From a bacterium (lineage in GTDB: Bacteria; SAR324; XYD2-FULL-50-16), in assembly GCA_032250835.1 (NCBI GenBank), contig JAVVEA010000004.1, positions 128,001 to 192,000 on the forward strand: 64,000 nucleotides of DNA, read 5' to 3'. How positions within the stretch are numbered: position 1 is the first letter of the stretch; every line of letters starts with the position of its first letter. Shown here one piece after another: positions 21,501 through 29,505 of this stretch. Below the pieces are notes generated by a model that searched no databases, was not told where the DNA came from, and was given only the letters and a program-made list of their open reading frames with translations. A program made the position numbers and the translations under genes.

Positions 21501-22163
21501 CTGTTGTTTACGCTGAACTGGAAGTACGGCGGCAAGGGCGGCTGGGCCAAGAAGGGGATCACCGAAGAACAACTCAAGGCGGACTTAAACGCTTGGGCAG
21601 AGCGCGCCGAGAAAGAAGGCTGGATTGCGCCCCAGGGCGTTTGGGCCGTTTTGCCTTGCCGCCGCGAAGGGGACCGCTTGACTATATATGATGTGAGCGG
21701 CCAGAAGGCCCAGGGGCAGTTGGAGTTTAACGACGTGATTGGTCAGGGGAAGACGGACCGGTTTAATGTAGCCCATTATTTCCGCTCAAAAGAATTGGAC
21801 CTGATCGGTCTGCAATTGAGCACCGCCGGGAAGGCGGTCCAGGCGGCGTTGGCTTCCTTGAAAGGCGAAGACAGCGAAGCTGCTTGGCTGTTGCAGGGGT
21901 TATCGGACCGGGTGGCCGAAGACATGGCGGCTCATTTGGAGTCTTTGATCCGCGCCCACCTCTTTGGCTCCGGCGAAGCGACGACCTGTCGTTATTCACC
22001 GGGCTACCCCGCAATGCAGCAGATCGAAGGCAACGGCCCGATCTTCGAACTGACAGAAGCAGGCCCCCGGTTGGGCGTCTCTCTGACCGATGGCTTCGAG
22101 TTCGACCCCACCGGCAGCACCGCCGCCGTGGTTTGCTTCCACCCGGAGGCGGGGTATCATTAG
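18561..22163 (+). CDS. metH: Cobalamin-dependent methionine synthase
   Basis: DGAMGTMIQ, GINCS and GGCCG Zn ligands, IGERLN pterin domain, DVHSIGK B12 motif, RYSPGYPA activation domain. Confidence 0.93.
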   Translation: MTREEFQKLLDSQVFLIDGAMGTMIQNYGFGPEVYGGEVFQMLSDLLVFSRPDAVKEVHLAYYRSGSNAVETNSFGASPLRLAEFDFSGLDLSEFPEEFQDINRLPLKEFAYKMSYQAIKIGLAAKEEYAASPEYDGRSLAVLGSIGPSNWVLSPTHADLHKGKFDQIEDNFFEQVRAMIDAGVDILLFETQQDMLELKAAVFGAQRAMKECGREVAIITQVTVDQFSKMQIFHTDVQAALVTLQGIGISAFGINCSIGPDLMRPTVEKLVKYSQIPISVIPNAGLPVSENGQTVFKLQPEDFANFIEPYIEMGVNIVGGCCGTSPAHIAALAQKVKGKTPRPRKPHQGLWVSGPQRAIEIDGDDALVRIGERLNVRGSKKVRDAVENETGIDQSVLEEVVKEQVEDLGIEVLDVCMDSNQVNTAETLVSVIKGQCVDFSGAFCIDSFDVEALAEAIKAYPGRPIINSISLEEYAEGLDKVDAVLAVTKAHAPLYIALTTGPEGPAVTKEQKIDLASQILKKAIEKHGQKPEQFLVDINAFPIGSESEEGMNFALESIHSIKGIKALYPGVKTTIGVGNLTNGLAKKPYMRKVLTSVFLDEARKEGLDAAIVNPQHYVPIESLPESDRALGLKIVLERDMDAFALLEEIAEAKKGGPVVKKTRYEDLSDIEAICQKIKDGHKERSAGQVSLDGASYDYADKIVEQVAKVVRDGMEPLVMINDHLMVAMEQLGEGFADGQVSLPHLLKAADVMKQVMGFLETFMKARQGQSGDVPIKGTVVLGTVYQDVHSIGKDLTKTLMENYGYRVIDLGVQVPLAKFVETAMAEGATTIGASALLVQTSNHMITLSKMMEEAGLGDKVDLLIGGAPVSQRHAAQVALAGREDQMRSNVFYCGSAMDGVNILSQLSEGPRRDELLVKNKERLEEALVTGAQRAANQAALMASLPHRAVSERAGAGIEKAIGPQEVHIPLTQFVEKLNQTLLFTLNWKYGGKGGWAKKGITEEQLKADLNAWAERAEKEGWIAPQGVWAVLPCRREGDRLTIYDVSGQKAQGQLEFNDVIGQGKTDRFNVAHYFRSKELDLIGLQLSTAGKAVQAALASLKGEDSEAAWLLQGLSDRVAEDMAAHLESLIRAHLFGSGEATTCRYSPGYPAMQQIEGNGPIFELTEAGPRLGVSLTDGFEFDPTGSTAAVVCFHPEAGYH

Positions 22164-22344
22164 CTGAACCGGCAGAGCCCAAAACCCGGCGGAGCCAAAA
22201 TAAGCGGGGTCCAGGGGCCATCGGCCTCTGGCGCTCCCATCCCGTCGGGCTTCCCCCGACGCTTGAGGGTGTGAATCCCCAAGCGTTTTAGGCCCTTCCT
22301 TTCTTGGCCAAGGGGGGCACAAGGCCTCTTCAAGGAATTAAGAT

Positions 22345-22536
22345 TTGGGACTACTTTTTTTGGCTGGCAAAAAAAGTAGCAAAAAAACCAGCCCCCAGGT
22401 GGCTCGCCGCTAAGACCCCGTACGCCAAGCTACGCTAAAAGCCAAAACTCGCCCTCGCTACGCTCGGAGCTCAGACAGTTGGCTTTCTTAACGCTACGCT
22501 TGGCTACGGGCTCTAAGCGCCTCACCAACGGGGGTA
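22345..22536. repeat. Long palindromic REP/MITE-like intergenic element
   Basis: CTACTTTTTTT/AAAAAAAGTAG stem and nested stems (GCCAAGC/GCTTGGC, AAAGCCAA/TTGGCTTT, CCCGTA/TACGGG). Confidence 0.6.
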
Positions 22537-22681
22537 TCAAAAGACCCTATCCACCAAGGCGTTTCGAAGCCAAAGGCCGAAGGTGACGGGCATGACGCCG
22601 CAAGCACTGCAAGTGTTGCTCATGTTAACTGTCGGTGAAGCCGACTCCCTACTGCTCGAAGCTCGAACAATTTGGCCTTTT

Positions 22682-22822
22682 GGCTGGGCAATACTCGCCG
22701 GCTCGCATTGCTACCCACGCAGCCCTCGGCCTGACGGCCTCGAAGCTGCTTAGCGCGGCTAGGGGCTCTAAGCCGCTCGCAAAAGGGAACCCAGGACCCT
22801 TATCCCGCAAGTCTTGGGATTT
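22682..22822 (+). repeat. Left copy of a ~140-bp inverted repeat
   Basis: About 90% identical by manual alignment to the reverse complement of 25420-25559. Confidence 0.9.
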
Positions 22823-22880
22823 ACCGGCGCAAAATTAGGCAACGGTCCCCTGAATTAGGGTGAACTATCAGGGAACTTTC

Positions 22881-22909
22881 TTGAAGTTTCGCCCTACTCC
22901 GGCTATTAT
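22881..22909 (+). promoter_or_regulatory. Putative sigma70 promoter of the TA module
   Basis: TTGAAG-N17-TATTAT upstream of an AAGGAG RBS. Confidence 0.45.
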
Positions 22910-22933
22910 ATGGGGTAGCACAAGGAGAGCAAA

Positions 22934-23128
22934 ATGATCCAACTTCATACCGAATTTTTGGTTGATGAGTCAGGGCAGAAGAAGGCCGTTCTTTTGCCTT
23001 TGAAGGACTGGGAGCAGGTCCTTTGCGAGCTGGAAGAGTTGGATGACATCCGCGCCTATGACCAAGCAAAACAGTCTCCCGAGGAATTTGTTCCTCTGGA
23101 AGAAGGTCTGAAGCTCCTCCGCAAGTAG
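22934..23128 (+). CDS. Small acidic antitoxin of a RelE-type module
   Basis: FLVDESGQKKAVLLP...ELEELDDIRAYDQAK directly upstream of a relE-like gene. Confidence 0.75.
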   Translation: MIQLHTEFLVDESGQKKAVLLPLKDWEQVLCELEELDDIRAYDQAKQSPEEFVPLEEGLKLLRK

Positions 23129-23132
23129 GCAG

Positions 23133-23321
23133 GTGAGCTACCAAGTCCTGCTCTCTCGCAGCGCAATCAAATCCCTCAAAAAGTAACGCCAGCTGACCGA
23201 CCGCGCCTGGCGCATCCGCGTCGGTAACTACCGAATCATCTACGAAATCAACGAAGGCGAATTAAAGATTTTGGTGATCCTGATCGGTCACCGCAAGGAA
23301 GTCTATCGTGAAATCAGGTGA
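23133..23321 (+). pseudogene. relE: RelE-family toxin, inactivated
   Basis: MSYQVLLSRSAIKSLKK* then RQLTDRAWRIRVGNYRIIYEI...IGHRKEVYR; in-frame TAA at 23184-23186 and the middle segment is missing. Confidence 0.85.
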
Positions 23322-23510
23322 CTGAATACCAATAGACAGTTACTAAAGAAAAACAGCTGCAAGTCAGCATCGACTACTACCAAAATTTCAAAAATAGGTA
23401 TACTGTCGCCTGATTTACAGGATTCCGACAGGGCTCTCAGACCATCGAGATCATCGACTGTCGATTGCGCTCGTTAGAATGATAATCAAAATTTCTAAGG
23501 TTTCCACGGT

Positions 23511-24065
23511 ATGTATACCCTATTTTTCTACGCAATATTTTTCATCTACGTGGCTGCGACAGTAATTCTCAGTTGGCGTTGGCCTGCCGTTCGATGGGAA
23601 TATGATTTGATTTGGAACTATTGTTTGATTGTCATTTCGGTCCTTACGGTAGCCGCGCTAAAAATCGAAATTAGTAAGCTCCAGACAAGCCTTTTGGCAA
23701 AACTAGTCGTTTTTTTAACCGTGGTTATAAACATCGGCTTAACGTTCAGATTGCTGACAGTCAGTGATCACGTCGAGGTTGATGTTTCGCTTCTGTTTAA
23801 TTCATTTCTCCCCTTCATTGTTACCAATATTGGGGTGCTATTTTTTTGGGCGTACATCTTCGCACAACCAGGGACAAATAAATATGAAGTTGCGCACACA
23901 ATGAGCTTCGGCGCTCCAATAATCTTGGTCCTCGGAATGGGGTGTTTCCATTTAACTGGACCCGGAATTAGTGAAAATTTTTTTGTTGCCTCAATGACAA
24001 TTTGCGTAATCAATATGATTCCCTTCCTCGTTGCTGCAAGACGCCTAGCGGACAAAGATGAATGA
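23511..24065 (+). CDS. Hypothetical multi-TM membrane protein (AT-rich)
   Basis: 184-aa ORF with about six hydrophobic segments; overlaps the next start. Confidence 0.65.
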   Translation: MYTLFFYAIFFIYVAATVILSWRWPAVRWEYDLIWNYCLIVISVLTVAALKIEISKLQTSLLAKLVVFLTVVINIGLTFRLLTVSDHVEVDVSLLFNSFLPFIVTNIGVLFFWAYIFAQPGTNKYEVAHTMSFGAPIILVLGMGCFHLTGPGISENFFVASMTICVINMIPFLVAARRLADKDE

Positions 24066-25377
24066 CAAAAAAATTAACATAACAAACAAGGCAAGACATC
24101 TTCTATCACTTCTATATTCTTTTTTCCGGGGAAAGGTAGTAGAAGTGTCTTCCTATCTTTTTAGGATCGCGGCCAAGTGGACAATATTATTGCATATTTT
24201 CAGGGCCATTTCTAGATGCTTAGAAAGCCGCTATCTTTTAGTTCTTTATATTGTTTGTTTAGAGTTCATTGTTGTTCTTATTCTAGCTATAACTGCGAGT
24301 TCTTTTTGGTCCTTTGATAACCGTAGAATTGATCAATACGAGAAAGTTTGCATTTTATACTTGGCTGTTTTTGGGGAGTCAGAAAGGTGTACGGAGGTGC
24401 TGGCCGAAGGAAACATGCTTGTGACGTTTCAAAACAACGAGACGTCAGGTCACTTTTTTAAGATCACTCACTCGCCACAAGATGGGATTCACTTAGATTT
24501 AAACGTACAGTTCTTTAACTATAAGGACTATCTTTCTGTAATGATATTTGTTTTTTCAATAGCAATTTACAACTTTTTGTTGCTGCAAACCCAGGTTCGG
24601 ATCTTCATTAAAGAAATTGTATGGATGAATCTCTCAATAGCGGGATTAGGTTTTTTGGTTTTCTTTTTCGGTCAAGCGTGGCTGGATAATTGGCTGTTCA
24701 TAGACTCAGCCCTGCGTTCCCCTTGGGTCGCCATTATTGTTACCATTGTGACTATGTATTTATTTTTAATGTGGTTTGGTCGGTATCAGAGGCTAAATCG
24801 GAAACAACTGATCGAGGCACTTATTGGTGGAATATCTTTGTTGGGTTTTTCTTTGTTCTTAAAGTATGGAGTTGTTGAAAATCGAATATCCCAGCAGGTG
24901 TATATAGATTTTTCAGAGGAATTGCCGGGTTTTGATGCGGGCTTCTATAAAGCTGATAAAAATCAATACTCTCAAATGAACAAGGTTTTATCAAGAATTC
25001 AGAAAGCCATTGCTGAATATGGATTGGAAGCGAACACTCTCGTAGTGGAAGGCCATACCTCTCCTGAGCAAATTAAGGATCAAAACCCATGTGGACGAGA
25101 TCCAGAGCTATGTTCGAAATGGCGGAGCTATCGCATTGATAAGGCGGTTTCAGATAAACAAGGAAACTTAATTCCTTTAAAATCCAACATTGAGTACTTT
25201 TTTAATAGTAATATTGAGCTTGGTTTTTTGAGAGCTTATGTAGTTTGGGATTTTTTAAACCGCCAAAGAACAGAAAAACTACCGACAATACAAAGGATTT
25301 ATCCAGTATCGGTTTCCCATTTCTATCCAAGCCCTAAAAAGACCAGGAGAGTGATTGTCAGGTTGATAAAGCAATAA
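24058..25377 (+). CDS. Multi-TM protein with C-terminal OmpA/MotB-like peptidoglycan-binding domain (AT-rich)
   Basis: Several TM helices, then LVVEGHTS ... NIELGFLRAYVV ... RRVIVRL. Confidence 0.6.
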   Translation: MNDKKINITNKARHLLSLLYSFFRGKVVEVSSYLFRIAAKWTILLHIFRAISRCLESRYLLVLYIVCLEFIVVLILAITASSFWSFDNRRIDQYEKVCILYLAVFGESERCTEVLAEGNMLVTFQNNETSGHFFKITHSPQDGIHLDLNVQFFNYKDYLSVMIFVFSIAIYNFLLLQTQVRIFIKEIVWMNLSIAGLGFLVFFFGQAWLDNWLFIDSALRSPWVAIIVTIVTMYLFLMWFGRYQRLNRKQLIEALIGGISLLGFSLFLKYGVVENRISQQVYIDFSEELPGFDAGFYKADKNQYSQMNKVLSRIQKAIAEYGLEANTLVVEGHTSPEQIKDQNPCGRDPELCSKWRSYRIDKAVSDKQGNLIPLKSNIEYFFNSNIELGFLRAYVVWDFLNRQRTEKLPTIQRIYPVSVSHFYPSPKKTRRVIVRLIKQ

Positions 25378-25419
25378 TGTTTACGCTAATCAGCGTTATT
25401 GTATATATTTTTCAGCCCC

Positions 25420-25559
25420 AAATCCCAAGACTTGCGGTTTACGATCTTGGGTTCCCTTTTGCGAGCGTCTTAGAGCCCCTAGCCGCGCTAAGCAGCTTCA
25501 AGAACCTCAGGCCGAGGGCTGCGTGGGTAGCAATGCGAGCTGGCGAGTAATGCCCAGCC
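25420..25559 (-). repeat. Right copy of the ~140-bp inverted repeat
   Basis: Reverse complement of 22682-22822. Confidence 0.9.
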
Positions 25560-25643
25560 TAAGGCGTCGGTGCAGCCGACACAAGTTCCCAAGGGCCCCT
25601 GGGCCCCGCTTACTTGACCTTTTCTAAGGGCAACTTAGGTATT

Positions 25644-26207
25644 TTAGTTCAGAATATTGGCCAACGCCGCCTCGGTCCGGGTGCCGTCCTTAAAGTCCTC
25701 ATTGAGGTGCAACACCCCCGCTTGATCAAAAACCAAAGTGATCCCCATGGTCCCGTTAAACTCGCCCACCGCCGCTTGGTTAACGTCCGCAAGGGCGGTC
25801 AAGCCCGAGCTGGCAAATCCGCTTTCCACCAATTCGCGGGCCGTCGCCGCCGAACTCCCCGAGACGTAATCGATCAGGTAATAACCCGCCGTGGGATACA
25901 TCGCCTTGGTGTGGTTGCTGAGGTGGTCCTGGTGGCTGGCGCAGATCGGGCACCACATGGTGAAATAAAAGACTGTAGCGGGGTGCTGGGCCACCAAGTC
26001 ACTCAATTGCACCGCGTTGCCGCTGGTGTCGTACAAGGTGAGATTTAAATTGGTTCCCGATTGCTCCGTTTCGCCCTGGGCGTTGACCTGGGTTTGGTCG
26101 CGCTGGTCGGTGGCGCTGGGGTTGAGGTCGTCGGCTATATCCTTACAGCCCACCAAAGCGAACAACCCAAGGGCCACCCAAAGGGACTTGAATTTAGAAA
26201 AATACAT
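25644..26207 (-). CDS. Thioredoxin-fold (redoxin) lipoprotein
   Basis: Lipobox LVGC; FYFTMWCPIC CxxC motif. Confidence 0.75.
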   Translation of the reverse strand: MYFSKFKSLWVALGLFALVGCKDIADDLNPSATDQRDQTQVNAQGETEQSGTNLNLTLYDTSGNAVQLSDLVAQHPATVFYFTMWCPICASHQDHLSNHTKAMYPTAGYYLIDYVSGSSAATARELVESGFASSGLTALADVNQAAVGEFNGTMGITLVFDQAGVLHLNEDFKDGTRTEAALANILN

Positions 26208-27141
26208 GGCTTAAGGAGAAGCTAAGGGTTTGGGTCTTCGGGAAGTTTGTTCCCGAAAGGCTGTTGTTCCAACTACCTTTGACGATCCAGTCTTTTTCGC
26301 CAGTGGACCAAGCGCCGGTCAGGCTGAAGCTACGTTTGGAAACTTCCGTGCCTTCGGTCGGAACGCCATTGATCCGGGCGGCGGCCTCAACCATGTCGGC
26401 CATCGCCCCCGTTAAGGTGAAGATGTCGAAGCTGTAAAGCTGCCAGCTATAGCCCAAAGAAAGGCCCTGGGTTTGGCGGTCGCCCAAGACTTTGTCGTAA
26501 GGCTTGACCCAAGAGCCATATTCGCGGTTCACAGGACGGGTGAAATGTTTGCCATAACCGAAGTTGACCCCGGCATTAAAACCGCCAATGGATTTTTCGA
26601 TGTTCACCGTCGCATCGGCGCGGTAAAAGCCCCGTCCGGTGATGTCGAAGCTGTTGCGGACGTCGTCGTAAGGAGAGATGCCAGTGGGGACCGTCAAGCC
26701 CAGCCCGAAATAAATTGCTGGGCGTAGGTCCGAAATGTCGCGCACTTCGGTCACGCAAGTGACCTCGTCAAAGGTTTCGTAGAGCAGGTTTACGGATGTA
26801 TCACCTAAGCCCTGGGTGCGGCTGGTGATCCCCGAATAGCGGTTGTTGTTGTCAACATATGAGCCCACCACCGAACCCTGCCAACGCCCAGCAAAGCGGT
26901 AGCCATAGCCCGCCGAGATGCGGTTTTGGGAGAGCGAAGAGTTGGCCGGGTCCGGGCGGTAGGTGCCCGCGCCGTCCCAATAACCGTCGTAGACCTCGCG
27001 AGCCACCGAGACATCGACCATCTGCGGCCCGCCCTTGGGCAAGATCAACGCCCCCGCCGAGCCCCCGCCGCAGCAGGATGCGGCCTGTAAAGAGGCGGGC
27101 AGCCAAAGGGAAAGCGAGAAAAGCAAAACAAAATACTTCAT
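26194..27141 (-). CDS. Putative outer-membrane barrel / transporter with N-terminal CC motif
   Basis: Signal peptide then ASCCGGG; GLGD and VPTG motifs; C-terminal F. Confidence 0.55.
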   Translation of the reverse strand: MKYFVLLFSLSLWLPASLQAASCCGGGSAGALILPKGGPQMVDVSVAREVYDGYWDGAGTYRPDPANSSLSQNRISAGYGYRFAGRWQGSVVGSYVDNNNRYSGITSRTQGLGDTSVNLLYETFDEVTCVTEVRDISDLRPAIYFGLGLTVPTGISPYDDVRNSFDITGRGFYRADATVNIEKSIGGFNAGVNFGYGKHFTRPVNREYGSWVKPYDKVLGDRQTQGLSLGYSWQLYSFDIFTLTGAMADMVEAAARINGVPTEGTEVSKRSFSLTGAWSTGEKDWIVKGSWNNSLSGTNFPKTQTLSFSLSHVFF

Positions 27142-27195
27142 ATGGATTTTGGGCCAGGAGGCCGGGCCGAAGCCCGGCCCCCAAAGGGTTTACCT

Positions 27196-28830
27196 CTAAG
27201 GAGTGACCGTGAAGGTAGCGTAGCCGTTGCTGGTACCTACGGCGGAGCCGTCGGTGGTCAGTTGGCTGCTGTCTAGAGTCGCTTTGATGTAAATCTTGCC
27301 GCTGGTCCCGCTGGTCAACCCGCTGATCCCGCTCAAGGTCCAAACACCAGAGCCCGAGCTGGTCATGTTGGTCCAGGTGCTGGCGTCGGTGCTGGCTTGC
27401 AGGGTAATGGTCGTCGGGGTGAAGGCGTAGCTGGTTCCCGTGTTGTAAGTCGTTCCGCTAACAATCGCCGGGAAGCTCATCATCGATTCACGGGTGGCCA
27501 AATACACACTAAAGGTATGCGACCCGGTGCTACCGCTCAGGCTGTTTTTGAACAAGAAGAAGTAGCGGGCTTCGGTGCCGCCGGACATGGCCATGGTTAG
27601 GGCGGTCTGGTGGCGCAGTGTGGCGCGGGTGGTGTCGGACATCGAAGGCTTGACCAGCGGGTAAAAGACCGCCGATTCGGTGGCGCCGCTCTTGGTGACC
27701 TTGGCGGTCAGTTGCCAATAGCCCATTTGGGTGGTCCCCATGTAACTGGGCATCAGGTAATAGAGCGTACAGCTGTGGGTTCCAGCGGTGCTGCTTTCGG
27801 TGCAGCCCACCACCGGAGAACTGTGGCTGTAAGAATCCATATGCATCATCGGGGTCAGCGCCAAGCTGGCACCGCTCACCGCGTTGCCCGAGTGATCGGC
27901 AACCTTCAGGCTGAACATAGTCTTGCCCTGCATGGCCGCCATGCTGCCGGGAACGTAGGTGACCATATAGCTGGAGGTTTTGACCATTTTACCGAAGGCC
28001 GTATTATCCAAGTCACTGGCCACTAAGCCCGTTTTGTTTTGGGTGCCTTCAAAAAAGCCCCGGTAGGCGGTGTCAAACTGGCTGGGGAGCGCCGCCGAAA
28101 GGTCCGATCCGGCAAAACTTAACTGGCTGCTGCCTGCTTTGCCGTCCAGGCTGCCGTCGGCCAAGTCTTGGCCCAAGATAGCCAGAAGGCTGTCCTGATC
28201 ACTGGCGGCACCGCCCAGATTTTTGTTCAGTTGGCTGAAGCTGGCGGCGCGCAGACCGGCCTTCTTTTGGGCAGTGGTAGCGGTAGCATCGGGGGTGCTG
28301 GTCGCTGAAATGGGCAGTTGGCTATGGTCGACGCTATAGCCAAACTGGTCGCTAAAGGCGGCGCGGGCGGCGGTTAGACGGTCGGCCAGAGTGGTGACGC
28401 TACTGTGGTGCGTTGCCCACTGCGCGGCGGCGGTGGCCACAATGGTGGTCTCGGGCGTTAGGCTTACGCTTGTGGCGGTACTGCTCAGCTCGTTGGCGGC
28501 TACGTAAGCCGAGAGCCCGTTGGTGGCGTTGACACTGCTGCCGGTGGCTTCGTCGGTATAAGAACCGCCGGTGGCGGTGAAGAGCAGCGTTTGGGCGCGT
28601 TGTTCTTCAGTTAAAGCTACGCTGTAGTTTCCGTCGGCATCGGTGGTGGTGGTCGTAAACCAAACTCTGCCTTGTTCATCGGCCACTTGTACCTGAGCAC
28701 CGGCAGTGGGGCCAGCCATCACCCGGCCCGAAATGGTGACGTCGTTGTTGGTGCTGTCGTTAGCCGACTTACAGCCCACCGATAGGGCCGAGAGGGCCAC
28801 AAGGCCCCAAAAGGTCATCTTAAATTGCAT
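27196..28830 (-). CDS. Ser/Thr-rich lipoprotein with Met/His-rich YtkA/FixH-like domain
   Basis: Lipobox SVGC; PMMHMDSYSHSSP, YYLMPSYMG, MAMSGG. Confidence 0.6.
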   Translation of the reverse strand: MQFKMTFWGLVALSALSVGCKSANDSTNNDVTISGRVMAGPTAGAQVQVADEQGRVWFTTTTTDADGNYSVALTEEQRAQTLLFTATGGSYTDEATGSSVNATNGLSAYVAANELSSTATSVSLTPETTIVATAAAQWATHHSSVTTLADRLTAARAAFSDQFGYSVDHSQLPISATSTPDATATTAQKKAGLRAASFSQLNKNLGGAASDQDSLLAILGQDLADGSLDGKAGSSQLSFAGSDLSAALPSQFDTAYRGFFEGTQNKTGLVASDLDNTAFGKMVKTSSYMVTYVPGSMAAMQGKTMFSLKVADHSGNAVSGASLALTPMMHMDSYSHSSPVVGCTESSTAGTHSCTLYYLMPSYMGTTQMGYWQLTAKVTKSGATESAVFYPLVKPSMSDTTRATLRHQTALTMAMSGGTEARYFFLFKNSLSGSTGSHTFSVYLATRESMMSFPAIVSGTTYNTGTSYAFTPTTITLQASTDASTWTNMTSSGSGVWTLSGISGLTSGTSGKIYIKATLDSSQLTTDGSAVGTSNGYATFTVTP

Positions 28831-28928
28831 CGTTTTTTTCAGACAAAGGTCCCTCTACTCCCGGTTCATGCAGGAGCAGAAAAAATAAGGGTTTTTTCAC
28901 AAGCTAAAGGTCGAGAATAAATTCCCGA

Positions 28929-29294
28929 TTAGGCTTGTGGGGGACCTCGGTCGTTTGGATGCCGCTCGAAAGAAGAGCAAATATGCAGGGGAGCCGCCAC
29001 CAACAGGGTGGGGACGAAAGAAAGTGAAGGCTGGTCAGTAACCTGGGCCGGGTCAACCACCAGCAACGCCGCACCGCAAAGGTCGCAGTCGCCGCAATCA
29101 TGCTCGGTCGCTGGGCCGTCTTGGTTTGCCGTGGCACCGACGGAGCAGACAAACTGGTTGCTGCTAAGCAGTTCTTCTAAGCTGAGCTGAAAATCACCGG
29201 CCATCAACACCGTAGGCAGCGCAAAGACGCCATGCATCAGCAGGGCGAGCAGCAGCAGAGGTGTATAAAAGGGCTTTTTCAACGAGCGGGTCAT
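28929..29294 (-). CDS. DUF2946-family protein (CruR/CutF-like)
   Basis: N-terminal signal/TM, HDCGDCDLC, C-terminal RGPP. Confidence 0.75.
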   Translation of the reverse strand: MTRSLKKPFYTPLLLLALLMHGVFALPTVLMAGDFQLSLEELLSSNQFVCSVGATANQDGPATEHDCGDCDLCGAALLVVDPAQVTDQPSLSFVPTLLVAAPLHICSSFERHPNDRGPPQA

Positions 29295-29505
29295 GAACTC
29301 AGTTTTCGGCGGTTAACGGAACGCATTGGATAACCAACCTAAAGGCTCTCGGTCAAGTAAAGCTTTTTTGATGGGGTCGGTTGTTGAGTGATAGAACGGG
29401 GGGTCTTGAGTTTACTAAGCTTGGCGGCTTCTGCCAAGCGCTAGTGCCGAGTAGCGGCTCCCATCGTTACCAACGGCTGATAGATCGAATGACCCCATTG
29501 AGACG

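Noticed and set aside
23404-23419. TGT-N10-ACA match upstream of the AT-rich genes
   Set aside because: Single non-palindromic hit, no sigma54 promoter downstream, non-nif context; expected by chance
23511-25377. Zorya defence system
   Set aside because: No ZorA-like long tail and no zorC/D/E; the OmpA-like protein is multi-TM
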